Shown one piece after another: positions 18,020 through 28,596 of a stretch of 64,000 nt of DNA. The translations under genes were made by a program, and so were the position numbers. Under the pieces are notes generated by a model. That model was not told where the DNA came from and searched no databases. It was given only the letters and a program-made list of their open reading frames with translations. Every line of letters starts with the position of its first letter. Positions within the stretch are counted from its first letter, which is position 1. The stretch is taken from positions 79,759 to 143,758 of IMG/VR virus record IMGVR_UViG_3300033463_000025; one strand, given 5' to 3'. Source of the stretch: a virus. Its lineage: Duplodnaviria; Caudoviricetes.

Positions 18020-18718
18020 TTATTCATCTATTATTTCAAATTCAAGCCCTCTTGTATCAACCACTATCTCATCTTCGTTTCTGGTGTTGAAATATGCAAG
18101 AGCTTGTGACTTGTTTATTGTGGCTTTCTGTATATAACCTTTTCCAAACCTATTAGCAAACCATTGTGCTGTTTTAAGATTCTGCGTCCATGATAAACCT
18201 TTCGGATTGTGCCCTGGCGTAATACCACGGTACACCGTTATAGTTTCTGGTAATGCTTTATATACCTCGTAATCTTCCGCGCACATTAATGTTTCTTTAT
18301 CGGCGTGTTTAAACCATGAAGCAAGAGTCGCAACAGAAACATTTACATCCTGATTTGGATTTTCCGACGTAATCCAAGCATCGGCAAGCAGAGAGCTAAA
18401 GTCTTTTACTGACACATAGTTCTTGATATACTTTAAGAAAGTGAGCTTATATGATTTTCTGACAATAACATAAATGTCAATTATATCGCTGGCTGATTTA
18501 ATGCGATTCTCAAGCTGAGAAGTCGCTTTCTCTAACGTGGTTTCGTCTTCAAGTATATTGCCAATAGTAAAGTTTCCGTTGTCATTATAAGGGATAAGGG
18601 CTGATTCAAAAATCGGGTGCATAACGACAATAGGCGAATATTCAGTTTCTTCTACTGGCAGATATAAGAACATCAACGCAACTTCTTTTACCTTGTCAAG
18701 ATTTGTTTCTTTTCTCAT
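18020..18718 (-). CDS. ADP-ribosyltransferase-fold protein (putative)
   Basis: R-S-E triad: TVYRG, GLSWT, NEDEIVV. Confidence 0.6.
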   Translation of the reverse strand: MRKETNLDKVKEVALMFLYLPVEETEYSPIVVMHPIFESALIPYNDNGNFTIGNILEDETTLEKATSQLENRIKSASDIIDIYVIVRKSYKLTFLKYIKNYVSVKDFSSLLADAWITSENPNQDVNVSVATLASWFKHADKETLMCAEDYEVYKALPETITVYRGITPGHNPKGLSWTQNLKTAQWFANRFGKGYIQKATINKSQALAYFNTRNEDEIVVDTRGLEFEIIDE

Positions 18719-18733
18719 AAGTAATACCTCTAT

Positions 18734-18940
18734 TTATTTTGATTCAGCTTTTTCAAGCCGTGTCCATAGCTTTTCACTCAACCACATTTTGTTAAAGCAG
18801 GTTGTTCCAAAGTGTTCAGCCGTTCCGTCAGAGTATTTGACTGTAACTATTTCTGTTATCCATAATCCGCATTTATCGCAAGTGCAACCGTTGTTTCTTC
18901 CAACCTTGTTGGTCGTGATACTTCTAATGCTTTTCATCAC
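18734..18940 (-). CDS. small zinc-finger protein
   Basis: CDKCG...FGTTC. Confidence 0.6.
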   Translation of the reverse strand: MMKSIRSITTNKVGRNNGCTCDKCGLWITEIVTVKYSDGTAEHFGTTCFNKMWLSEKLWTRLEKAESK

Positions 18941-18948
18941 TTTTTCCT

Positions 18949-19293
18949 TTACTCTTGTTTTAAATACTTTTCTTTAAAATCAGCCTTGAAAAATTTACAT
19001 ATTTCTTCGGCAATCTCACAAGCTGATTCAACTTCTTTGATAAATAATTTAACACAATCAGAATTTCCGTTAAGTGATACTGTATTTATTTCATAATTAC
19101 TATCAAGTTTATTATCATCCGCCATTACATATAAATATATTTTTGCTCGGCTAACAGGGAATGAATGATTGATATGCACATCAAATGTGCGGTTTTCATA
19201 CCAAGTAAACCAAAACTGTGTTTCAATATTTAGATTAAATCTAAAAAATATTCCGTCATCCTCAAGCGATTTTTTATATTCAAGTATGAACAT
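18949..19293 (-). CDS. hypothetical protein
   Basis: ORF in operon. Confidence 0.65.
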   Translation of the reverse strand: MFILEYKKSLEDDGIFFRFNLNIETQFWFTWYENRTFDVHINHSFPVSRAKIYLYVMADDNKLDSNYEINTVSLNGNSDCVKLFIKEVESACEIAEEICKFFKADFKEKYLKQE

Positions 19294-19316
19294 TATAAAT
19301 TCACTTCTTTCTTTAT

Positions 19317-19679
19317 TTAGTTACCGCCTTTTAGCTGTGTTAAATCATAATTCAAGCGTACCCAATCATCAAAGCCAAGAACGGTATCAGTGTTCTTTTC
19401 GACATATTCCTCCATCAATTCTTCTTCAAGTCTGCAACCATCAACGCTATAATATACCCAATGGAGCTGTCCATATGTGTACATATTATTAATCTCGTTT
19501 CTGATTTTTACATCGCTTTCGCCGTAGTATTCCTGTCCTACAAAATGTTCTAAATCGCCTATATCCTCAAGTCCTGTGTAATAGTCGATTCTGTCATTAA
19601 TGATAATAGCCAAAACAAATCTGTTGTTATCATCTGGCATCGTAAACTTTAATACTTTACCAATAGTCGGGTTTTTCAT
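19317..19679 (-). CDS. hypothetical protein
   Basis: GGAGG RBS. Confidence 0.7.
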   Translation of the reverse strand: MKNPTIGKVLKFTMPDDNNRFVLAIIINDRIDYYTGLEDIGDLEHFVGQEYYGESDVKIRNEINNMYTYGQLHWVYYSVDGCRLEEELMEEYVEKNTDTVLGFDDWVRLNYDLTQLKGGN

Positions 19680-19697
19680 ATAAAATTCCTCCTTTTG

Positions 19698-20207
19698 TTA
19701 TATATTTTTTCCGTCATTTAGTAAAAAGTAACCTTCATATTTGCAACCTACGGTCTTTGCAAATTCTTTACGTTCATCGTCGGTCAGCTTGTCGGTCGTT
19801 AATCTACGTTCAACGCTCTGAATGTAGTGATGATGATTATACTTGCTGATAACGCTTTTAACTGTATCGTTGCTTATTGTTTTGAAGTTAGCTCCTACAT
19901 CTTTTCCGCTGTTCTGAATTATAACCATGCACATACGTTGCCAAGCTATACGGTCGCCGTTAATGGCTTTCTTGAGCATTTCGTTTAGGTTATCGCCTTC
20001 AATTACCTGCCCATTCTTATTGATGAGCCTCGCAACATATTGAACACCTGCGATTTTAGCTATTGTTCTAAGCTGTGCTGTGGTAAATTTACCACGCAAA
20101 CACTTTGTAGAGAAATTAGCGACGCTTGCACCGATAGCTCTTGCATAGTCGTCAACATTTGTTCCTGTTAAATAGGATAGCATAGCAAATTTCTGTTTGT
20201 AATCCAA
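19698..20207 (-). CDS. tandem XRE-like HTH regulator (putative)
   Basis: Internal repeat GKFT..QL..IA...G..Y / DKLT..E...A...G..Y; resembles 23688-24107. Confidence 0.55.
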   Translation of the reverse strand: MDYKQKFAMLSYLTGTNVDDYARAIGASVANFSTKCLRGKFTTAQLRTIAKIAGVQYVARLINKNGQVIEGDNLNEMLKKAINGDRIAWQRMCMVIIQNSGKDVGANFKTISNDTVKSVISKYNHHHYIQSVERRLTTDKLTDDERKEFAKTVGCKYEGYFLLNDGKNI

Positions 20208-20381
20208 TCTCTTCGCCTCCTTTTGCTAAATTATACCACACCTACAAATCTACGTCAAGTATTTTTGCGCTTTCTTTTAATTTTTAATATTCAATTTTTC
20301 CGTTAGTTGTAAACAATAAATCTTTGTTTTTCAAAATCGGCTTTTTCTGCTGGCTAAAACAAAACCGCCGAAGCTCGGCGG

Positions 20382-20738
20382 TCAGTTTAATTCATCAGCA
20401 TAATTGAAAACATACGGTATTCCGTCACGGTACGGATAAATCACAAAGCTATCATAGATTTTCCCTCTAAACTCGCCTTCAGCGAATACTCGCATAGCAT
20501 GAGGACTTCTTTCTTTACGGACAACAGCTTTATCTTTTCCATCAAATAGCATTTTGATTCTATCGGCTGAACAATATCTACATTCAAACTCAATCAGCTC
20601 AAAGATGTAGGATTTTTCCGTTTCTTTAACTCGCATCGTGATATAGTACGGGTCAAATACTTCATCGGACGGATTAACACACTTGTAAATCCCAGGCGTT
20701 AGCTTGTTCCTTTTCTCGTTGGCTTTCATGTTTTCCAC
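20382..20738 (-). CDS. hypothetical protein
   Basis: ORF followed by a terminator hairpin. Confidence 0.7.
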   Translation of the reverse strand: MENMKANEKRNKLTPGIYKCVNPSDEVFDPYYITMRVKETEKSYIFELIEFECRYCSADRIKMLFDGKDKAVVRKERSPHAMRVFAEGEFRGKIYDSFVIYPYRDGIPYVFNYADELN

Positions 20739-20741
20739 CTA

Positions 20742-20936
20742 CTATGCAAACTTAGATGCTAAACACCTATAGTAATCTCGCCGTTCTCTTATTTCCTGCC
20801 ACTTGTTATCTTGTCCGTGTTCGCTTTCATAATCGGTCATCTTGATAGAGTAATCCTTTGCCGTAAGCATCAGAACGGCGTAAATTTTACTTGATTCTAA
20901 TTTGGTAAGTTCTACTGTCATACTTTTCCTCCACAT
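20742..20936 (-). CDS. hypothetical protein
   Basis: Short ORF with a GGAGG RBS before the internal MTVEL. Confidence 0.55.
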   Translation of the reverse strand: MWRKSMTVELTKLESSKIYAVLMLTAKDYSIKMTDYESEHGQDNKWQEIRERRDYYRCLASKFA

Positions 20937-20971
20937 AAAACATAGATAATTAAAACTAAAATTGCCATATA

Positions 20972-21352
20972 TCAGCCCTCCAATGTTAGAACAAAATCAA
21001 GAAGTGTGCTGTAGTAATCTTCCGCAACTTCGCCAGCGATGTAGAAATGGATTTCTCTTATCCACTGGTAAACAAATTCTACATCGTCCTCGTAATCGTG
21101 CGCCCATTCCGAGGCTGTGAACGCCTTGAATTTATCCCAATTCTCGCGGATTAACTTACTCCATTCACATTCAATACTGCAATCGTCGATTTTCTTAATC
21201 ACGTTTACACGCTTCATCAGCTCGACGCAGAAGCGGTCGTAGTCATCCTTTGGATTCTCAATATAGCACACTGTAACTTCGCCGCTAATCTCTGTATCGT
21301 AGCAATCGTAATCGTTTTCTTCAATCTGCAAGTAATCATACAGTTTAACCAT
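20972..21352 (-). CDS. hypothetical acidic protein
   Basis: ORF with RBS. Confidence 0.7.
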   Translation of the reverse strand: MVKLYDYLQIEENDYDCYDTEISGEVTVCYIENPKDDYDRFCVELMKRVNVIKKIDDCSIECEWSKLIRENWDKFKAFTASEWAHDYEDDVEFVYQWIREIHFYIAGEVAEDYYSTLLDFVLTLEG

Positions 21353-21355
21353 AGC

Positions 21356-22201
21356 TCATTCCTCCACTAAGTTTTCGTCAATCAACAGGTTTTTAATTAT
21401 TTCTTCATTCGCCGCAACCAGACGATAATACTTTCCCCATTCGCTATACTTATGCTTGAGGTCTAACAAAATGGAATTGTAGAAAGATTTAGCTGTATCG
21501 GTCGGCTTGATTTCTTTAAAGCTATAAATAACTTCTTTACCAAGATAGAGCTTGTAACCAAAAATATCATGTTCAAAGTGTAACAGCTTGCCAATCAGAG
21601 AATAGTCAAGGTCATACACATACATATCTGTGTTGGTGATAAACTCTTGAATTTCCTCAACCGTCATCAGCTCTGCATTTTCCATGATGTAGTTAATGTT
21701 GTTGACGCAGATATTCTTGTCATTGACATCGAGCTTATCTTTCCAGCTCTCGCCGCAATCTTTTTTCATGTAGTCAGCAGGAGTTAAAGGATTATCATAG
21801 TCAAGGTCTGATTCTCCATAATGGATAAACGCATACTTAATAACAGGCTCTTCATCTTTTCTTGCAAAAACGTCAATTAAAAGCTGTCCATTGTTATTGC
21901 AATAGTCTGTAAAGATATATTCAGGCAGACTCTCGCCGTAGCCATATTCCAAGTATTCTTTGATGATGTTCGCGCTTATGGCAATATCCTTCATATCAAA
22001 GTTTACATCAAAGTATCTACGCAGTTTAATGATTCCAGTATGGTCTGTGAGCTGTGAATAGATATAATCTTCATAATCTTTGATATACTCAATACCATGT
22101 CTTGCTCGGCTTATCATACGCTCGGAATAATTCCACGAATAATAATTAGCCACAATAAGTTTTCCATTAAATCTTACATAAATTTGTGAACGCTGTCCCA
22201 T
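21356..22201 (-). CDS. hypothetical protein
   Basis: 281 aa, MGQRSQIY; own promoter. Confidence 0.8.
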   Translation of the reverse strand: MGQRSQIYVRFNGKLIVANYYSWNYSERMISRARHGIEYIKDYEDYIYSQLTDHTGIIKLRRYFDVNFDMKDIAISANIIKEYLEYGYGESLPEYIFTDYCNNNGQLLIDVFARKDEEPVIKYAFIHYGESDLDYDNPLTPADYMKKDCGESWKDKLDVNDKNICVNNINYIMENAELMTVEEIQEFITNTDMYVYDLDYSLIGKLLHFEHDIFGYKLYLGKEVIYSFKEIKPTDTAKSFYNSILLDLKHKYSEWGKYYRLVAANEEIIKNLLIDENLVEE

Positions 22202-22450
22202 AATATACTTCCTTTCTGTATTTTGTTATCTTTTGACTGCTCTTAAATTATAGCATAACTCAATAGAATTGTCAACTTATTTTATAGAATTTAATAATTT
22301 TTAATATTGAAATTAATTGCAGTTTTTTCACCGATTATGTTCATTTTTCAAAACGCAGAAAATTTGTAGCACACAAAAACAGCACCGCAAATTGCGATGC
22401 CGTTTGATAGATTTGAGGTATTTTGTTTGACAGATTTGAGATGCTATATG

Positions 22451-22696
22451 TTACATAGTATCAAGTAAGAAATCCCAAGTATGAACATATTGCTGTGCTT
22501 CTCGTATAGTCTGAAATTTTGGAGCTTCCCAATCAAGAACATTATACAGAAGATTGTTTAATCCGTCTTTGTTATAAAAAGCCAACTGATATTTTTCTTT
22601 CTCTGTTTTTCTGTCTGTCTTAGGTACGTCAACAACTATATACTTTTTACCGTTGAATGAAAATACCCTATTAGATGTGACGGGTGTAATTGTCAT
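22451..22696 (-). CDS. hypothetical protein
   Basis: ORF with RBS. Confidence 0.65.
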   Translation of the reverse strand: MTITPVTSNRVFSFNGKKYIVVDVPKTDRKTEKEKYQLAFYNKDGLNNLLYNVLDWEAPKFQTIREAQQYVHTWDFLLDTM

Positions 22697-22712
22697 ATCA
22701 TACCTTTTGGCG

Positions 22713-23162
22713 TTAAAGCCTTTCCTTTAATTCGTCGGTTGCTCTTTCCATAATCTCGTGATAATCAGGCTTGTCCTTTAATGTATCTGTGTCATATGCC
22801 GCGCAGTCGAGTTCCGCGATGATTCGCGCTAAGTCTTCTTTGCTAAACGATGTATAGTGTTGCATGATATAATCACAGAGATTTGCGTTTCTCATGGCTT
22901 TAATAAGACCACGGCGAACGCGGATATAATCGGGATGCTCTACATAATAGATTGTATTTGAAAATTCATCTTCTGTCGGGTCGATGTCTTTTCCTCGCAT
23001 TTCGGGCATAAGTTCAAGTGCGCGATATACAGCGTCTTTCGTTTCGGTAATCCCTTCAAATTTATGCTCAAGAATTGTACGGGCAAGATGTTCTAATTCT
23101 GTGTCGTTCTCGTCGCGTGTGTTCTCTTCAAACGTCAGGCGATAAAGTCCTTCATATGTCAT
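22713..23162 (-). CDS. hypothetical protein
   Basis: AAGGAGG RBS. Confidence 0.75.
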   Translation of the reverse strand: MTYEGLYRLTFEENTRDENDTELEHLARTILEHKFEGITETKDAVYRALELMPEMRGKDIDPTEDEFSNTIYYVEHPDYIRVRRGLIKAMRNANLCDYIMQHYTSFSKEDLARIIAELDCAAYDTDTLKDKPDYHEIMERATDELKERL

Positions 23163-23186
23163 TGTGGTAGCCTCCTTATGATTGTG

Positions 23187-23474
23187 TTAAAAGTAGCCTG
23201 TTGTCCATTCAAATTTCCAATCATCATATTCGTCTTCTTTATTCCATCTCCATTTGGTATCTCGCAAGTATTCTAAAACAGCAGGAGAGTTTCTTCTGTA
23301 TCTAAAGGGCTTTACTCCTTCTGTTGATGCTCGTTCTTGTTCATCTGTTTTGATAAAGTCGAATATGATTTCTAATGCAAGTTCTTTTTCCTCTGGCGTT
23401 AAATCATCATAATCTCTCACGGGAAATTGCTGATACTTAACAGGTAGGTTTTCCATAGTTTCATTTAGTTTCAT
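23187..23474 (-). CDS. hypothetical protein
   Basis: Start reset to MKLNE, downstream of the promoter. Confidence 0.65.
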   Translation of the reverse strand: MKLNETMENLPVKYQQFPVRDYDDLTPEEKELALEIIFDFIKTDEQERASTEGVKPFRYRRNSPAVLEYLRDTKWRWNKEDEYDDWKFEWTTGYF

Positions 23475-23687
23475 ATTAGCCACCTTTTTAAACCTCCTAA
23501 GTTTGTTTATTTTGCCTTTCGACACCACTATTATATCAAATTATTTTTGTTTTGTCAAGTTATTTTCATGTTTTTATTAATTTTTAATATTGTATTTTTC
23601 TGCTATATACAGAAAATTGTTGTTTTGCAAAATCAAGTTTTCCATTATTATAAAACAAAAAGCCTTGAAAATCAAGGCTCTGTCTGT

Positions 23688-24107
23688 TTATAATTCTATT
23701 CCATCGAGATAATATATTTCTTCGTAGAATCCGCCACAAGCAATAGCGATATTCTGAAGGTCGTCTACAATAAATCTTCCCTTGCTCACACGTTCAAAAG
23801 CGTTCTGTCTTGAGTGCATCATGCCTTTATCTGCAAGCACAGCATAACTCGTGCCCGTCTTTTCCATTAGCTCTTTAATCATAGCAGTAAAGCTAATACC
23901 TGTTATGGTTTTTCCACCAATAACAAACTGTGATGTATAGGTCAACTCTAAAATTTCAGCCAGTTTGTCTATTTCTTCCTTTGTATATAACTCTTTGCCG
24001 ATTATATAACTCATCTTGCTTTTATCAACACCGTATAATTCCGCAAGTTTCGGTACTTTCATTCCGCGTATTTTCATAGCCGCTTTGAATTTTTCCGTTC
24101 GTGCCAT
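23688..24107 (-). CDS. tandem XRE-like HTH regulator (putative)
   Basis: Two HTH-like repeats (KLAELYGVDKSKMS; VLADKG..SRQN); own promoter and terminator. Confidence 0.65.
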   Translation of the reverse strand: MARTEKFKAAMKIRGMKVPKLAELYGVDKSKMSYIIGKELYTKEEIDKLAEILELTYTSQFVIGGKTITGISFTAMIKELMEKTGTSYAVLADKGMMHSRQNAFERVSKGRFIVDDLQNIAIACGGFYEEIYYLDGIEL

Positions 24108-24346
24108 AATGATACCTCTTATACATATGATGATTGTTTTTCAAAATTAAATATTTCTGTGAAGCGTAAACAGCTTTCCTTAATTTTTCAAAATTGTATT
24201 TTCCTGTAAAAGAGTATATCAAATCCGCGCTGGTTTGTCAAGCGGTATTAGTATATCATTTACTTTTTAATATTAAGTTTTCCGACAATTAAAAGAGGAC
24301 AGCCGAAGCCGTCCTCAATTAGTCTTGACGTATTTTTGTCAATTAA

Positions 24347-24784
24347 TTATGTTATTGACGTTTTATAGTCAACTGTCGGAAGTTTAGATACCCACGTTAT
24401 AAGTTCCGATAAACAATGTAACTTCTCTTTTTCAAACTCTTCTTCCGTAGTCGCTCTGATAATGTATTCAATTACATTATCCTTCTTGTTGTGGTATTCA
24501 AACGGATAAGGAGGCTGATATTCCGCAGTCGTAAAGAGTTCATAATCCAAATGAAAAGATACATAAATGTTGATGTTTCCGTTGTAATGTGACTCACAAC
24601 AGCTCGCAGTCTTATATCCTTTTTCATTCAAAAGCCTTATGATTCCTTGCATATTCTGGTCTATAAAGATTAACTCCCACGGCGGATAAAGTTCGCAAGT
24701 GCATCTGTTTAACTGCTGAAAACAGTACGGGCATACATAGTTTAGGTAATCTTTCTTTGCAGGTCTATGTCGATTCAACGCCAT
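24347..24784 (-). CDS. Cys-containing hypothetical protein
   Basis: CPYC..C.C; LNEKGYKTASCCESH. Confidence 0.7.
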   Translation of the reverse strand: MALNRHRPAKKDYLNYVCPYCFQQLNRCTCELYPPWELIFIDQNMQGIIRLLNEKGYKTASCCESHYNGNINIYVSFHLDYELFTTAEYQPPYPFEYHNKKDNVIEYIIRATTEEEFEKEKLHCLSELITWVSKLPTVDYKTSIT

Positions 24785-24816
24785 ATAATCGCCCCTTTGC
24801 TCTGGTTATACCACCA

Positions 24817-25320
24817 TTATACCACAGCTTTTGAAGCCTTGCAAGGATTGTATTGATTATATTCTGTAGGGTTTTTGACGCTTTCTCGAACAGCTTTCAT
24901 AATATGATTCGGTGTGATTCCAAAATCTTCACAGCCCTGAACAATTCCGTAGAAGTAAGTCGCCGCAGGCGGAGCGATACCCTTTCGCTCCTTAGTCATA
25001 ACATAAACGGTAGCTTCTACGAGTTCGCCATCTTCAGTAATGACGTTCACTTTCTCGCGGGTATAGTATTTCGGATAACCTTCATACATATCAAGCCTTC
25101 CCCACTCTGACGGGTTAATGTCCCAAAGAGCTACAGGCAGAACATCCTTGTCGTCGCCTGTCGGGATAATATCAGCGTGAATATTGAATACCAACTTGTA
25201 ACCTTTGAGATATGCTTTACCAATGGGCACAGATAACGGGCAACGCCATCTCATCTGCTCTAAATTCATATTCGAGCCATACGCAACATAATAATTTTTC
25301 TTTGTCTTTTTCTTAGCCAT
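24817..25320 (-). CDS. gamma-glutamylcyclotransferase (AIG2-like)
   Basis: YVAYGSNM, RCP, LDMYEGYP, VYVM motifs. Confidence 0.9.
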   Translation of the reverse strand: MAKKKTKKNYYVAYGSNMNLEQMRWRCPLSVPIGKAYLKGYKLVFNIHADIIPTGDDKDVLPVALWDINPSEWGRLDMYEGYPKYYTREKVNVITEDGELVEATVYVMTKERKGIAPPAATYFYGIVQGCEDFGITPNHIMKAVRESVKNPTEYNQYNPCKASKAVV

Positions 25321-25353
25321 AATCTATTCCTCCATTTCTTTTAATACAAATAC

Positions 25354-25665
25354 TTAATTTGACGCAAGATTTTCTTCAATCTTTGCGATACATTCTTCTA
25401 TGGACTTATAAAAGCCCTTGCAACTTGTTTCTTTTAAATTGTTATCTTTTGTAAGCAAATAATCAACGATTTCAAAATGACTAAATTCGCCATCATATTT
25501 GATTCGGCAAGGTCTAACTATATGATAATAACCTTTCTGGTTCATATAGTAATAGAATTTACCTTCAGCAGATTTATAATACTTATTGATTGTAAATCTG
25601 GTTCTTTTTCCAGTCATACGGTCAATAGTTTCATGCGCTTCTTGTGAATAACTCGGCAACATCAT
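25354..25665 (-). CDS. hypothetical protein
   Basis: GGAGG RBS. Confidence 0.65.
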   Translation of the reverse strand: MMLPSYSQEAHETIDRMTGKRTRFTINKYYKSAEGKFYYYMNQKGYYHIVRPCRIKYDGEFSHFEIVDYLLTKDNNLKETSCKGFYKSIEECIAKIEENLASN

Positions 25666-25669
25666 TGTG

Positions 25670-25987
25670 CTATACCTCCTTAATTGTTATATCATATTTT
25701 CCCCATTCATTACTTTTACTTGCTATAATGGATAATCTTTTCAGCTTGGTAATATTGCCAGCATCATCAAATTCGACGATAGAGAATTTATCCTCTAAAT
25801 AATAATCCCCCATCGTTTGTAACAGCTTATTTAACGATGCTTTAGCTGTCCCAATCTTACTAAACAACTTTTCGGGTTTTAACAATTCTGCTTTCTCCCA
25901 AAACACTTGATACTTATTCCAACCGTTTATTAAATAATAAGTTCCTTCTGGTGATTCACTCTTTATTGTGTACCTCATATTTTCCAA
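25670..25987 (-). CDS. hypothetical protein
   Basis: Promoter plus RBS. Confidence 0.65.
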   Translation of the reverse strand: MENMRYTIKSESPEGTYYLINGWNKYQVFWEKAELLKPEKLFSKIGTAKASLNKLLQTMGDYYLEDKFSIVEFDDAGNITKLKRLSIIASKSNEWGKYDITIKEV

Positions 25988-26224
25988 CTCCTTTTTGTAG
26001 TTTGTCTATATTATAGCGTGTTGCAATAATTTTGTCAAGTTATTTCACTGTATCTATTGATTTTTAATATTGTGTTTTTCTGTTCTGCCTGCACGAAGAA
26101 TTATTGTTTTGCAAAATTATACTTTTCTGTTAATGGGTAGCAGAAATTTTCCATTTCAAAAAATAATATAACTAAAATAAAACCGTCGTTTCATCAACAA
26201 ACGACGGTCATATTTTCCATCTTA

Positions 26225-27691
26225 TTAGGCGGCAATAACGGCTTCTTTTAACTTGAACAGATAGTCGTTAAGTGTTGTTGAGCCTTTTGATTTTCCGCGT
26301 CTGAAATAGGTATAGCCAACTCCACCGTTATGATTAAAGTCAACCTCGTGCAACTTGTCATTAACAAAACCTTGCACCTTCAGCGGAACAGAAATATCAT
26401 ACTTGCGGAACAGATAATTGAAGATAGAATACTCATTTGCTTTGTAATCAAATTCTCCATCATCAGAAGTCTTTTTATAAATAGTGATATATTTATTACG
26501 GAGCGTTCCGCCGTTCTTTATCGTTTCAATAGCTTCTGCGATTTCTTCCTCGGACAGTCTTACACCGTCCTCAAATTCAGTCTTTCTTTTTCTTTCCGCT
26601 TCTGCTTTTCTCTCGGCTCTCTTATCCTCTTGCGCCTGTCTGTAATTCTTTCGAGCCTCCCAAGCTCCTGCCTCAAGGTCGGGGAAGGCAACTTTAATAA
26701 ATTCAACATGGACAAGATGCAACCATTTATTATTAGCAATCATATCTTCATACCAAGCGCGAAGGCAAGGTAATGAGTTAATATCTGACGTAGTGCGTTC
26801 AACTGTTTCTTTCACAGTACGGTCGGCGTATTCTTTATAAATCCACATACCAGTTTCATACTCGTCAAAGATAACATAAATGTCACACATTTTATTCCAG
26901 CCGTCACTTTCAGCCTCACCAACATAAAGTGTATCGCTGATTTTACGGACTTTCTTCTTATGAATAACAGCCTTGTTTCCATCTCTGCCGAACATAATCA
27001 GCCGTCGAGTTTCAGCCTTGCTCTTAACGTCGCTCAGCTTTGTATCAGGCGTTACCTCTACAACAGGTTCTTCGGGAGTTTCTACAACTTCCGCTTTCGG
27101 GTCGTAGTTTTCAACGTCTTCCAGCGTGAACACAATAGCGTTGGTGTTACAATCATCATAGCGCATCGGGCACAGAATAGCGGATATACCGTTCTTAGTG
27201 TTGTATTCTGTATCGCAGAGCACAATAGGCTTCAGCGGCTTACCAACACAAATAAACGCTTCCTTTTCGCCTATGATTTCCAGCAGGTCAAGAACATACT
27301 CTGCGTTCATATAAGCATCGCCAATATGAAGGACAATGCGCGAATATTTATTAGTACGCTCGCGCTTCTTAGTCGTCAGGAATTTTTTATACTTTGCCTT
27401 GTTTACTTGATAGGTCGTAAACTTTTCTGTATCGTCGGCAAAGTCGGTCAGTCTGTCGTGCATCAGCTTTGCTAATGATTGTACCCTGGATTTGCCGTTA
27501 GCGTCGAGGCTTTCATATGTTGCGAAGTCGTCATCGCAGGTCAGATTTGACAGAGCTGATTTAACCAATCTAAAACCATCTGTAATATAGGCTTCGTTTT
27601 CGTAAATCAAAATCTGTCTGAATACTTTGGTCTTATCTGTTTTGTTGTTGTGTAAAATCCTTGTGTACGCGGCTTTGTTTAACTTTTTCAT
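26225..27691 (-). CDS. 488-aa protein with N-terminal beta-clamp-like motifs
   Basis: AYITDGFRL, MNAEYVLDLL, KPIVL, AILCPMR; own promoter and terminator. Confidence 0.6.
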   Translation of the reverse strand: MKKLNKAAYTRILHNNKTDKTKVFRQILIYENEAYITDGFRLVKSALSNLTCDDDFATYESLDANGKSRVQSLAKLMHDRLTDFADDTEKFTTYQVNKAKYKKFLTTKKRERTNKYSRIVLHIGDAYMNAEYVLDLLEIIGEKEAFICVGKPLKPIVLCDTEYNTKNGISAILCPMRYDDCNTNAIVFTLEDVENYDPKAEVVETPEEPVVEVTPDTKLSDVKSKAETRRLIMFGRDGNKAVIHKKKVRKISDTLYVGEAESDGWNKMCDIYVIFDEYETGMWIYKEYADRTVKETVERTTSDINSLPCLRAWYEDMIANNKWLHLVHVEFIKVAFPDLEAGAWEARKNYRQAQEDKRAERKAEAERKRKTEFEDGVRLSEEEIAEAIETIKNGGTLRNKYITIYKKTSDDGEFDYKANEYSIFNYLFRKYDISVPLKVQGFVNDKLHEVDFNHNGGVGYTYFRRGKSKGSTTLNDYLFKLKEAVIAA

Positions 27692-28079
27692 GGTGTAAAC
27701 CTCCTTATATTCTGTGGGTCTTTTGACAATATAAATATACCACAGCTCGCGGTTTATGTCAAGTTATTTTATATTATTTATTACTTTTTAATATTGACAA
27801 ATTTTGAATTGAATTATGGATTTGCCAGTCGTCAAGGATTCCTTGACAGCTAAATCTTTATTTTACAAAATCAAGATTTCTTGTAATTTGTAAAGTGGAT
27901 AGAGCTGTAACAAAATAGCTTTTTACTATTTTTCAAAATTAATTTTTTCTGCTGTGTCAGAACAGAAAAATTGAATATTTAAAAATAAGTTATTATCGGC
28001 ATATGCGGATATTAAGTTTTGAAATATTAACTTTTTCTGTTGTGGAAGGCAAAACGAAAACCGCCTTTCGGCGGTTCGT

Positions 28080-28307
28080 TTAAATCTTTCGTTTTTCCAA
28101 GTATTTTGATATTGAATTATTTAATCCCTTTAAACATTCATCACATAAAACCATAAGTCGCGGACTGTGTACTCTTCCAATCCAAATTTCATTCAATGAG
28201 TCAACTCTCTTTTGTGGTAATCCACTGTCAAAAGTAATACCTCCACAATGTTCACAAGTTCCGATAAGTTCACTCGCTTCTTTGACTTTCATTTCTATAT
28301 TATCCAT
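28080..28307 (-). CDS. small zinc-finger protein
   Basis: CEHC...LCDEC. Confidence 0.65.
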   Translation of the reverse strand: MDNIEMKVKEASELIGTCEHCGGITFDSGLPQKRVDSLNEIWIGRVHSPRLMVLCDECLKGLNNSISKYLEKRKI

Positions 28308-28382
28308 TAGTCGCCCTCCAATAATACTTTATAAAATTATTATACCAAATTGTTATGATGTTGTAAAGCTAATAAAAAAAAG

Positions 28383-28595
28383 TTAGTTAATATACCTACC
28401 AACATTTGAAAGCACTTTGCGTAACTCTTCCGAAAAGTAACCATAAACTTTTGTTTTTAGTTCCATCATTTCTTTGTAAGTAATTACTTCGTTTATATAA
28501 AGAATATCAAGCTGTACTAAGTTTGCTCTGGTCGTATGCTGAAGGATTCCCAAGTCACCGTTATAAGAAAACTGAACATTAATCAAATCGGTCAT
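28383..28595 (-). CDS. hypothetical protein
   Basis: GAGG RBS before MTDLIN. Confidence 0.55.
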   Translation of the reverse strand: MTDLINVQFSYNGDLGILQHTTRANLVQLDILYINEVITYKEMMELKTKVYGYFSEELRKVLSNVGRYIN

Positions 28596-28596
28596 A

